NCBI GenBank assembly: GCA_937919165.1
Contig: CALFPO010000026.1
Span: 4,057 to 68,056, forward strand
Origin: an uncultured Bacillota bacterium
GTDB lineage: Bacteria; Bacillota_I; Bacilli_A; Erysipelotrichales; Erysipelotrichaceae
Direction of reading: 5' to 3'
DNA: 64,000 nt
Below the pieces are notes generated by a model. It did not search any database, was not told the origin of the DNA, and saw nothing but the letters and a program-made list of their open reading frames with translations. A program made the translations under genes and the position numbers. Shown piece by piece: positions 1 through 7,797 of this stretch. How positions within the stretch are numbered: position 1 is the first letter of the stretch; the number at the start of each line of letters is the position of its first letter.

Positions 1-296
1 CTGTTGTTAATAATAATATGTTTCAAAAGATATCTGATCACAGGATAGTTAGCTATTTAGGGAAAATTACAATGCCAATGCTTATGATACATCCATGCCT
101 TATTGAGCTTGTGAATCTGATAGGTTCAGGTAATGGAATTATATTGATAATATGTCGTTTTTTTGTCCTGTTGGTCTTGGTACTTATAGCTTCTGTTGTA
201 CTTGATGTCATAATAAAATACCTTATGAAATTTGCAGACATGATAATTGATGTTGTTTTTGATAGAGTAAACAAGGTTACTAGGAGAAATGATTAA
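1..296 (+). CDS. 3' end of a membrane acyltransferase (acyltransferase family 3-like), 5'-truncated by the window edge
   Basis: The frame is open from nt 3 with no stop. '...SYLGKITMPMLMIHPCLIEL...' followed by a hydrophobic helix resembles the conserved C-terminal block of AT3 O-acyltransferases. The 3' end overlaps the next gene start. Confidence 0.4.
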   Translation, partial: VVNNNMFQKISDHRIVSYLGKITMPMLMIHPCLIELVNLIGSGNGIILIICRFFVLLVLVLIASVVLDVIIKYLMKFADMIIDVVFDRVNKVTRRND

Positions 297-2076
297 AGAA
301 CTATTGTATCCGTTTGATCCAAATTACATTTTGGAAAACAAAAAAAGGATAAAGAAAAAACTGCTTGAAAATAGTAATGGTTTTATTGATAAAAAAATAG
401 CTATATTGGGTGGAGCGACTACATCGGCTATCAAGCAGATCATGGAACTATTCTTATTGAACAACGGTATCAAACCTTCTTTCTATGAATCTGAATACAA
501 CAAGTTCTATGAAGATGCGATGTTTGATAATCCGGAACTTAAAGAGTTTGGTCCTGATGTCATCTATGTATGTACAACCATAAGAAACATAATGGAATAT
601 CCTTCAATAACCGATGATGAAAAGGTTGTTAACGGCATTCTTAGCAACGAATGGATGAAATTTGAGAACATCTGGAAGAACTTAAGGGAAAGATATGGAT
701 GTCCGATTATTCAGAATAATTTTGAGATGCCTATGTATCGTCTTATGGGCAACAAAGAAGCAAGCGATATTCATGGCAAGATAAACTTCATCAATAGACT
801 AAATGTGCTGTTCTATGATTATGCACAGAAGAACGACAACTTCTATATTTGTGACATCAATTATATTTCTGCTGATTTTGGTTTGAAGGAATGGCATGAT
901 TCGTTTTATTTCCATATGTATAAATATGCAATGAATGTTAATGCAATCCCTTACCTATCTTTCAACGTAGCAAACATCATAAAGTCTTTGTTTGGCAAGA
1001 ACAAGAAAGGTTTTGTACTTGATCTTGATAACACTTTATGGGGCGGAGTCATCGGAGATGATGGAGTAGAAGGAATAAAGATTGGACCAGAAGAGCCGGA
1101 AGGAAGAGTATATACAGAATTCCAGAAATACATAAAGGAACATAAACAACTTGGCGTTATATTGAACATCGATTCCAAGAATGATTATGAAAATGCAATT
1201 GCAGGATTGAAACATCCGGATAGTGAACTTGATGAAGATGATTTCATTGAGATCAAGGCTAACTGGGATCCTAAGAACATCAACTTTGAAAAGATTGCTA
1301 AAGAGATTGATCTTCTTCCTGAAAGCCTTGTCTTTGTGGATGACAATCCAGCTGAGCGATATGTCGTGACCGAACAGCTGAAGGGGGTATGTGCTCCCGA
1401 AATAGACAACACAAAGCATTATATCCAATACTTGGATCGCAATGGCTTCTTTGAGACTACCACATTATCAAAAGATGATCTTAAGAGAAACGAGATGTAT
1501 AAGCAGAATGTGGAAAGGGCAAAGGCTGAAGCATCTTTTGAAAACTATAAGGACTATCTCCTTTCTTTGAATATGAAAGGTGTAATCATGCCTTTTGAAC
1601 CTATCTATTACGAAAGGATTGCCCAACTTTCCAATAAATCAAATCAATATAACCTGACCACTCATCGCTATACAGTAACAGATATAGAAAAAATATCTAA
1701 TGACGGTGATTATATATCGCTATACGGAAAACTTAGTGATCGTTTTGGCGATAACGGATTAGTTTCGGTTGTCATAGGACATATAGATAATGATACATGT
1801 AACGTTGATCTTTGGATCATGAGCTGCAGAGTCCTAAAGAGGGATCTTGAATATGCTATGATGGACGAGCTTGTCAGAAGGTGCAAGGAAAGAGGCATCA
1901 AAGAAATAAGAGGCTATTACTATCCTACGGCTAAGAACAGCATGGTAAGAGATTTCTATTCTCTGCAAGGATTTAGTAAAATAAATGAGGATGAAAAAGG
2001 GAATAGCACGTGGTCTTTGAATATTGAAGGTGACTATGTGAGTAAGAATGAAGTGATTGAGGTGGAACATGAATAG
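289..2076 (+). CDS. FkbH-like protein (HAD-superfamily IIIC phosphatase/acyl-loading domain plus C-terminal GNAT-like region)
   Basis: 595 aa. The hallmark 'GFVLDLDNTLWGGVIGDDGVEGIKIG' carries the DxDxT nucleophile motif (DLDNT = nt 1021-1035). An ACP gene follows immediately. Confidence 0.85.
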   Translation: MIKELLYPFDPNYILENKKRIKKKLLENSNGFIDKKIAILGGATTSAIKQIMELFLLNNGIKPSFYESEYNKFYEDAMFDNPELKEFGPDVIYVCTTIRNIMEYPSITDDEKVVNGILSNEWMKFENIWKNLRERYGCPIIQNNFEMPMYRLMGNKEASDIHGKINFINRLNVLFYDYAQKNDNFYICDINYISADFGLKEWHDSFYFHMYKYAMNVNAIPYLSFNVANIIKSLFGKNKKGFVLDLDNTLWGGVIGDDGVEGIKIGPEEPEGRVYTEFQKYIKEHKQLGVILNIDSKNDYENAIAGLKHPDSELDEDDFIEIKANWDPKNINFEKIAKEIDLLPESLVFVDDNPAERYVVTEQLKGVCAPEIDNTKHYIQYLDRNGFFETTTLSKDDLKRNEMYKQNVERAKAEASFENYKDYLLSLNMKGVIMPFEPIYYERIAQLSNKSNQYNLTTHRYTVTDIEKISNDGDYISLYGKLSDRFGDNGLVSVVIGHIDNDTCNVDLWIMSCRVLKRDLEYAMMDELVRRCKERGIKEIRGYYYPTAKNSMVRDFYSLQGFSKINEDEKGNSTWSLNIEGDYVSKNEVIEVEHE

Positions 2077-2311
2077 AGAAGATGTAATGAAAAGATTGAA
2101 TGATATATTCTGCACAGTATTCGATGATGATTCGATTGTACTTACAGACAAGACAAACGCCGAGGATATTGAAGATTGGGATTCCTTGGAGCAGATCAAT
2201 CTTATCGTTGCGATAGAGAATGAATTTGAGATGATGTTTGATATGAGCGAAGTCAGCGATCTGGCTAATGTGGGCGAAATGGCCGACCTTATCATGTCTA
2301 AGGCAGAGTAA
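2069..2311 (+). CDS. Acyl carrier protein
   Basis: About 80 aa and acidic. Phosphopantetheine site D-S-L lies in 'EDWDSLEQINLIVAIENEF' (Ser codon 2183-2185). ATG 2069 is preceded by GAGGTG; the track start 2057 is a TTG. The gene overlaps the FkbH stop. Confidence 0.85.
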   Translation: MNREDVMKRLNDIFCTVFDDDSIVLTDKTNAEDIEDWDSLEQINLIVAIENEFEMMFDMSEVSDLANVGEMADLIMSKAE

Positions 2312-2742
2312 TGAAGGAATATAGATACGAAGATTTATATATTGGGCTTACAGAATCATTCGAAGTTGAAATAACCGAAGAAATGATGAAGAGCTTTTTG
2401 ATTGTCACAGGAGATGAAAACCCTCTTCACAACGATGGTGTGTTTGCAAAAGAACAAGGTTATGAGAACAAGGTAGTCTATGGCATGTTGACAAGTTCTT
2501 TCGTGTCTAGGCTAGTAGGAGTATATTTACCAGGCAAGTATTGCTTGTTGCAGGGACTTGAAGCAAAATATCTTAGGCCTGTATATGTTAGAGATAGATT
2601 GAATATTTCTGGATCTATTGATGAACTTCATGAATCAGTTAAAAGGGCATCGGTAAAATTTGTTATAACAAACCAGCACGGAAAAAGGGTTGTAAAAGGA
2701 AAAGCTGATGTTGGCTTTCTGGAGATAATTAATTCCATATAA
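2311..2742 (+). CDS. MaoC-like (R)-specific hydratase/dehydratase, hot-dog fold
   Basis: 143 aa. 'VTGDENPLHNDGVFA' matches the MaoC active-site block (D-x-N-P-x-H). The start shares one nt with the ACP stop (TAATG). Confidence 0.8.
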   Translation: MKEYRYEDLYIGLTESFEVEITEEMMKSFLIVTGDENPLHNDGVFAKEQGYENKVVYGMLTSSFVSRLVGVYLPGKYCLLQGLEAKYLRPVYVRDRLNISGSIDELHESVKRASVKFVITNQHGKRVVKGKADVGFLEIINSI

Positions 2743-2845
2743 TATGTTTATTTATGTAAATACCGAAGCATGTTTTTTTATTTGATTGAGAAAGCGCAAA
2801 AAACAATAGATATAGAAGTTGAATATTGCAAGCAGATAATTGTTG

Positions 2846-3838
2846 ATGATTATTGCGATTATGAATACGAGCCTTTATGATTTGATAAGCAAGTATAAGA
2901 AATCACTTATGGGAGTTGCTGCTCTATGGATTTTTATATACCATTTTCCAAGCAGGTTTAGATTTGATGCAGTTCCATTGTTGTTTGAAATAGAATACTT
3001 CATAAAAAAAGCTGGTGATTGTGGAGTGAACATATTTTTCTTTCTTTCGGGAATTGGAGTTCCGAATTCCTATGATAGTTCGAAGAACGTAATCGTGTTT
3101 TATAAAAAAAGAATTTCAAGGATTTTTTTACCGGGTGTCGTATCGCATTTGCTAACTTCATATTTTTATGATTGGAGTTTTATTGAGTTTATCAAGAACG
3201 CTTCAGGATATACCTTCCTTTTCGAGAGCGTAAATAGTTATTTTTGGTTTTATTATGCAATCATTATTATCTATTTACTCTTCCCTTTGTACTACAAATA
3301 TTTCGTATCTTCCAACAACAAGACATCATTTTCTATTGCAGCCATTCTTTTCTTGTTTGTGATCATGGTTGTTGGTCGAAAGGTTATTAATGAAGATACG
3401 TATATTTTTTTAACAAGAATACCTGCTTTTATAATCGGGGTACTAGTAAACCATTTTGGAAAAAAGGGGAATAAAGCGGATGCCAAACGTTGGACCACAA
3501 TATTATATTTATTTATGTTTATTATAGGTGTGCTGACATTTTTCTTGACAGAAACGCAATATATATTGTTTCCTAACTTTTATATGTTTTTTTCATATAC
3601 CATTATTGCCGTTTCAATATGCGCGCTAACGAGCCATGTGTTTAAAACAAAAAAAACCTATTTATTCTCATTTTATGGTGACATTTCTCTAGAATTTTAC
3701 TCTTTTCAAAAGCACGCATTTTTCTCTTCTTTTGCCGGATCTAGGTTTTATGTCATCTTGGTATTTGCTTTATGTACCGTTTGCTCTTTAATCATTAGCA
3801 AATTGAATAAAGCGATAATAAAACGCCACCATGTTTAG
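2846..3838 (+). CDS. Membrane O-acyltransferase, acyltransferase family 3 (AT3)
   Basis: About 10 predicted hydrophobic helices. The N-terminal 'LMGVAALWIFIYHFPSRF' block is typical of AT3 (catalytic His after TM1). The start is uncertain: TTG 2840, ATG 2846 or ATG 2861. Confidence 0.7.
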   Translation: MIIAIMNTSLYDLISKYKKSLMGVAALWIFIYHFPSRFRFDAVPLLFEIEYFIKKAGDCGVNIFFFLSGIGVPNSYDSSKNVIVFYKKRISRIFLPGVVSHLLTSYFYDWSFIEFIKNASGYTFLFESVNSYFWFYYAIIIIYLLFPLYYKYFVSSNNKTSFSIAAILFLFVIMVVGRKVINEDTYIFLTRIPAFIIGVLVNHFGKKGNKADAKRWTTILYLFMFIIGVLTFFLTETQYILFPNFYMFFSYTIIAVSICALTSHVFKTKKTYLFSFYGDISLEFYSFQKHAFFSSFAGSRFYVILVFALCTVCSLIISKLNKAIIKRHHV

Positions 3839-3937
3839 CATATATGCATATGTAGGTTTCATTAATTGGTGTATAAGGCGCAGCGTCTTCATTCGATAGA
3901 TAATTTTATGTACATATAATGTAGTAAAATTAATAAT

Positions 3938-5110
3938 ATGAAAAGGTATAATTTCAAAAAAATATCTTCGTATATTTTATTGTTGCTGATATTCATTTCT
4001 AGCACGGTTTTATTCTCTGATATGATGGTTGACAGAGTTCACAGTGATTTTTCAATTCATTTTGAACTATCAATGGAAGGAAAGGGATACTCGTTGATGA
4101 AGCTGATCATGGTTTCTCTTTATACCCTTACAGAATCAACACATTCTATTGCTGTTTTTTTCTCGCTGCTTGTTACATTTGGAACCGTTGTATGTGCACT
4201 GTGTTTAAAACGATTGTTGAAGCTGATGAATACGAATGCTGATTTTTATGAACTATTGATTATTTCGGCTTTAGGTATTTTTATATGCAAGTTGTGCATT
4301 CCTGACCTTTCGCCATACTATTATCATAATTCCCTTGTTACTCAGCCGTGGCACAATTCCACATATTTACTGATGCGTTTTTTTGCGCCCGTAGTTATTT
4401 CTTTATTCTTTTCAATACAAAAGAACTATGTTTTTAAGGTATCAGCACTTGATCTTTTGTCGTTTACTTTTTTCCTTTTCATGACAAACTTTTCTAAGCC
4501 AAATTTCGTTATTGCATTTGCTCCCGTCATGCTCTTTGTCCTTATAAAAGATTTCTTTAAAACAAAAACAAAAAGTTTTAAAAATGCTTTTCTATTTGGA
4601 ATGTGTGTAATTCTTGGCTGTAGCATTATGATTTATCAGAATAATGCTTTGTATCCAAAAGATGGTGATGTGAAGGTATTTGCTTCCCTTTCGGTTTTTA
4701 CCTCTTATCTAAGAAATAATAAGAAATGGCCTTTAGATTTCTTTTTAAATATGGCTTTTCCCATTGCAGCTACATATGTAACGCTAAAAAATAGAAGAAG
4801 AATTGATAGCTATTCTATGAAGGTTTTTTATCAATCATGGGCAATGTACATTATGTCCTTATTGGAGTTCCTTTTTATCGATGAAAGCGGATACAGGGCA
4901 GGCAACTACAACTTTAGATGGGGTGAACAGTTTTTTGCCTTTTATCTTTTCATTATATGCGCATGTATGATTATCAAGCAGAAGAAAGAGGCCACAATAA
5001 ATGACAGAGATTATTTTACGCTCAAGCACACCTACATATTGCATATTGTTTTCGGTGCATCTTTTTATGTATTGCTTGTCGTATTTAAATATTTATATTT
5101 GACAATTTAG
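3938..5110 (+). CDS. Polytopic membrane protein of unknown function (candidate Wzy-type polymerase or GT-C-like enzyme)
   Basis: 390 aa, very AT-rich, at least 9 hydrophobic segments. I recognise no family signature. Position is between an AT3 gene and yfhO. Confidence 0.5.
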   Translation: MKRYNFKKISSYILLLLIFISSTVLFSDMMVDRVHSDFSIHFELSMEGKGYSLMKLIMVSLYTLTESTHSIAVFFSLLVTFGTVVCALCLKRLLKLMNTNADFYELLIISALGIFICKLCIPDLSPYYYHNSLVTQPWHNSTYLLMRFFAPVVISLFFSIQKNYVFKVSALDLLSFTFFLFMTNFSKPNFVIAFAPVMLFVLIKDFFKTKTKSFKNAFLFGMCVILGCSIMIYQNNALYPKDGDVKVFASLSVFTSYLRNNKKWPLDFFLNMAFPIAATYVTLKNRRRIDSYSMKVFYQSWAMYIMSLLEFLFIDESGYRAGNYNFRWGEQFFAFYLFIICACMIIKQKKEATINDRDYFTLKHTYILHIVFGASFYVLLVVFKYLYLTI

Positions 5111-5137
5111 GAACCCATGTAACATATTGAATGTTAT

Positions 5138-5146
5138 TGTTATAAA
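5138..5146 (+). promoter_or_regulatory. Possible extended -10 element (TGTTATAAA) upstream of yfhO-like gene
   Basis: TGnTATAAa lies in the 59-nt intergenic gap, about 30 nt upstream of ATG 5176. Confidence 0.3.
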
Positions 5147-5175
5147 AAACTAAGAAATAAATAATTGCATTGAGA

Positions 5176-7797
5176 ATGAAAAGAAAGTATTATGCAATAT
5201 ACACGTTGTTATTTATGGGCATATGCTTAAACGTTTATGCCGCTTTTTATTTAAATAACAAAACATTCATCAACTGGGTCAATGATGGCTTTGCGCAGCA
5301 TTACAAGGCGTTAATATACTATTCCGAGTACCTGAGAGAATTATTAAGAAATGTATTTGTTGAGCACTCATTTACTGTGCCTCAATGGGATTTTTCGATT
5401 GGCGAGGGATCAGATATCATAACAACCCTCCACACATATGCCATAGGAGACCCTATTGCATTTTTCTCTGTTTTAGTTCCAAGGGAATATATTTATGTAT
5501 ACTATGATTTCAGCATTGTTTTGCGTCTATATATATCTGGCATTGCTTTTTCTGAACTATGTTTTTATACAAAAAAGACAGACATAATAAACGTATTGAC
5601 AGGAACGCTCATGTATGTCTTCTGTTTCTGGGCATTGTTCCATTCGAATGAGCATATCTACTTCCTTAATCCTATGATCTATATGCCACTGTTGGTGTTA
5701 GGAGTGGAAAAAATAATTAACAAAGATAAACCTTATATTTTTGTTTTGTCCGTTCTTTTCGGAGCCCTGAGCAATTTCTATTTCTTCTATATGATGGTGG
5801 TTTTGACGGTGATATATGTTGCTGTTAGATTGCTTACTATATATGGATTAAACTTTAAAGAAATCGGCAAAAACATTATTAGACTTTTTGTGTTTGCGAT
5901 TATGGGCGTTATGATGTCTGCGATTATTCTGCTTCCTGTTGTGTATGCTTTTGTATCCGACAGCAGAATAGGAGCCGATATTTCCTATATAAACCTGTAT
6001 TCAAGATTTTATTATGAAAGACTCTTTTCAATATTTGTGTCGAATGACAACCAATACGATTTGTGCATGGGTTTTGCTGCACCAGCCTTGTTTGGAATCG
6101 CATTATCAATTAGGAAGATTAAAAAGAATCCTTTATTCTTCTTGCTTGATGTTGTCGCTTTGATTCTTGTATGCGTTCCTTTGTGCGGAAGACTTATGAA
6201 TGGCATGTCATATCCAATCAATAGATGGAGTTTCGCATTGTCGTTGCTGTTTGCTTATCAGACAACATCAGAAATAGACGACTTTAAAGATAATAAGTTG
6301 TACCTTTTGATTTGTACCGTAGGATTCTTTGCGGCGGCGTTTGTATCGCCGTGGTCTAGGAACATAAGAGTATATGTGCCTATGTCCATATATATGGCAT
6401 ATATTGCGGTCTTGTATATAAAGATCAACGCAAATGCATTGGGAATGAATGCAAAAAGAGTTCTTATGCTTTTGCTTACAATCATAAACATCATATTTGT
6501 TGCAAATTATGATTACTCAGATTTTGGAATTGGAAGATCGAAACAAGGATTAGGCATCAAAGAAACAATTGATGAAACCTTCAATTCAGACTCCGAGGTT
6601 CTGAAACAGTATCTAAAAGAAGAAGATAACTATTTCTATAGGTTTTCGGCAAACACAATCCAGACAAATTCATCAATGATTGCTGATATGAAGTCAACAG
6701 ATTTCTATTGGAGTTTAACAAATCCAAACATAATAAGTTATCGAACAAAGCTAGCAATAAATGACTTTGCATCATACAGGTACAACGGCTATAACGACAG
6801 AGCCTCCCTTTATAGCCTTGCTAATGTAAAATACTTCTTTACAACCAGCAAGGAAGAGACCGTTCCATATGGATTCGTATATGATGGCTCAATCGAGAAT
6901 ATGGATATATACAGAAATGAATACTTCCTTCCTTTCGGCTATACATATGACGAGACAATCTCATATGATGAATGGAATAAACTGGATCCAGTAACAAAAC
7001 AGGAAGTATTGGCAAAAAGAATCGTCATCGAATCCGGTGATGATTCAAGCTTTGCTTCAAAGAAGAAAGAAGCTAATTTCAAATTGGTAGGCAACGACTT
7101 GATAGAAGTATTAGAAAAAGGATTTGAAGTAAAGGAACCAAATACTGAACTCACAATATCGGTTGAAGGGTATGATAATTGCGAAAACAGCTTGACATTT
7201 AACAATCTTAATTTTGACGATACAGAAGGATATGTTGAAGAGAATAGGACGGCTGTACCGATTGATGTTTATCTTGATGGGAAATATCAGAATGTTTTCT
7301 TCTGCACATCCGACTATCAGTTCTATACAGGAAGACATGATTTCTCGGCTTGTTTTGGATACAAGGAAGATGCTGCAAAAGAGATAAGGATTGTTTTCCC
7401 ATATCCTGGAGTATATACATATGACAGTATAACCTTTGATTGTTTGAGCTATGAAGAATACGAACAAGACATAGAATCTCTATGCAACGATACTTTATCT
7501 GATGTATTGTTTTCCGATAATCACATTTCAGGAAACATTAATTTGGAGGAAGACAAGTATTTGCTTTTATCCGTTCCTTACTCAAAGGGATGGAAGGCTT
7601 ATGCTGATGGAAAACAAGCAGAGCTTTTGAAAGCTAATGAATGCTACATGGCTATTAAGCTTGAAAAAGGCACTCACAATATTGAACTCAAGTATGAGAC
7701 ACCGTTCCTGAAGATTGGAGCATGTATAAGTGCATTATCAATGGTTGCGTTTGTTGCATATTGCATTCTTGATAGAAAAGGAAAAATCAACATATGA
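5176..7797 (+). CDS. yfhO: YfhO-family membrane protein (GT-C-type extracytoplasmic glycosyltransferase)
   Basis: About 873 aa. Multi-TM N-terminal part with 'WVNDGFAQHYKALIYYSEYLRELL' and 'AIGDPIAFFSVLVP', then a large soluble C-terminal domain and a terminal TM helix. This is the typical YfhO architecture. The track start 5170 is a TTG; ATG at 5176. Confidence 0.8.
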   Translation: MKRKYYAIYTLLFMGICLNVYAAFYLNNKTFINWVNDGFAQHYKALIYYSEYLRELLRNVFVEHSFTVPQWDFSIGEGSDIITTLHTYAIGDPIAFFSVLVPREYIYVYYDFSIVLRLYISGIAFSELCFYTKKTDIINVLTGTLMYVFCFWALFHSNEHIYFLNPMIYMPLLVLGVEKIINKDKPYIFVLSVLFGALSNFYFFYMMVVLTVIYVAVRLLTIYGLNFKEIGKNIIRLFVFAIMGVMMSAIILLPVVYAFVSDSRIGADISYINLYSRFYYERLFSIFVSNDNQYDLCMGFAAPALFGIALSIRKIKKNPLFFLLDVVALILVCVPLCGRLMNGMSYPINRWSFALSLLFAYQTTSEIDDFKDNKLYLLICTVGFFAAAFVSPWSRNIRVYVPMSIYMAYIAVLYIKINANALGMNAKRVLMLLLTIINIIFVANYDYSDFGIGRSKQGLGIKETIDETFNSDSEVLKQYLKEEDNYFYRFSANTIQTNSSMIADMKSTDFYWSLTNPNIISYRTKLAINDFASYRYNGYNDRASLYSLANVKYFFTTSKEETVPYGFVYDGSIENMDIYRNEYFLPFGYTYDETISYDEWNKLDPVTKQEVLAKRIVIESGDDSSFASKKKEANFKLVGNDLIEVLEKGFEVKEPNTELTISVEGYDNCENSLTFNNLNFDDTEGYVEENRTAVPIDVYLDGKYQNVFFCTSDYQFYTGRHDFSACFGYKEDAAKEIRIVFPYPGVYTYDSITFDCLSYEEYEQDIESLCNDTLSDVLFSDNHISGNINLEEDKYLLLSVPYSKGWKAYADGKQAELLKANECYMAIKLEKGTHNIELKYETPFLKIGACISALSMVAFVAYCILDRKGKINI

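Noticed and set aside
1834-2295. Long antisense ORFs inside + strand genes. Examples: 1834-2295 (153 aa), 11219-11647, 29858-30337 (159 aa), 44341-44820 (159 aa), 55688-56200 (170 aa) and 56785-57261 (158 aa).
   Set aside because: Each lies wholly inside a + strand gene with a clear family signature. Their translations are low-complexity Ser/Ile/Leu-rich text with no recognisable motifs. I saw no RBS or promoter context. They are typical shadow ORFs of codon-biased AT-rich genes.
289-2742. Reading FkbH + ACP + MaoC as part of a polyketide or fatty-acid secondary-metabolite cluster.
   Set aside because: The 64 kb contain no ketosynthase, acyltransferase (AT) domain, thioesterase, condensation or adenylation domain gene. 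The cassette is embedded among AT3 and glycan genes on the same strand with overlapping stops and starts.
3649-3656. Homopolymer tracts as phase-variation switches. Examples: A8 at 3649-3656 in an AT3 gene, A8 at 44479-44486 in the DUF2304 tail, and T7 runs at 2773-2779, 22059-22065 and 57618-57624.
   Set aside because: The longest runs I found are 8 nt. Runs of this length are expected in a genome this AT-rich and are below the lengths usually associated with high-frequency slippage. No poly-G/C or multi-copy short tandem repeats were seen.
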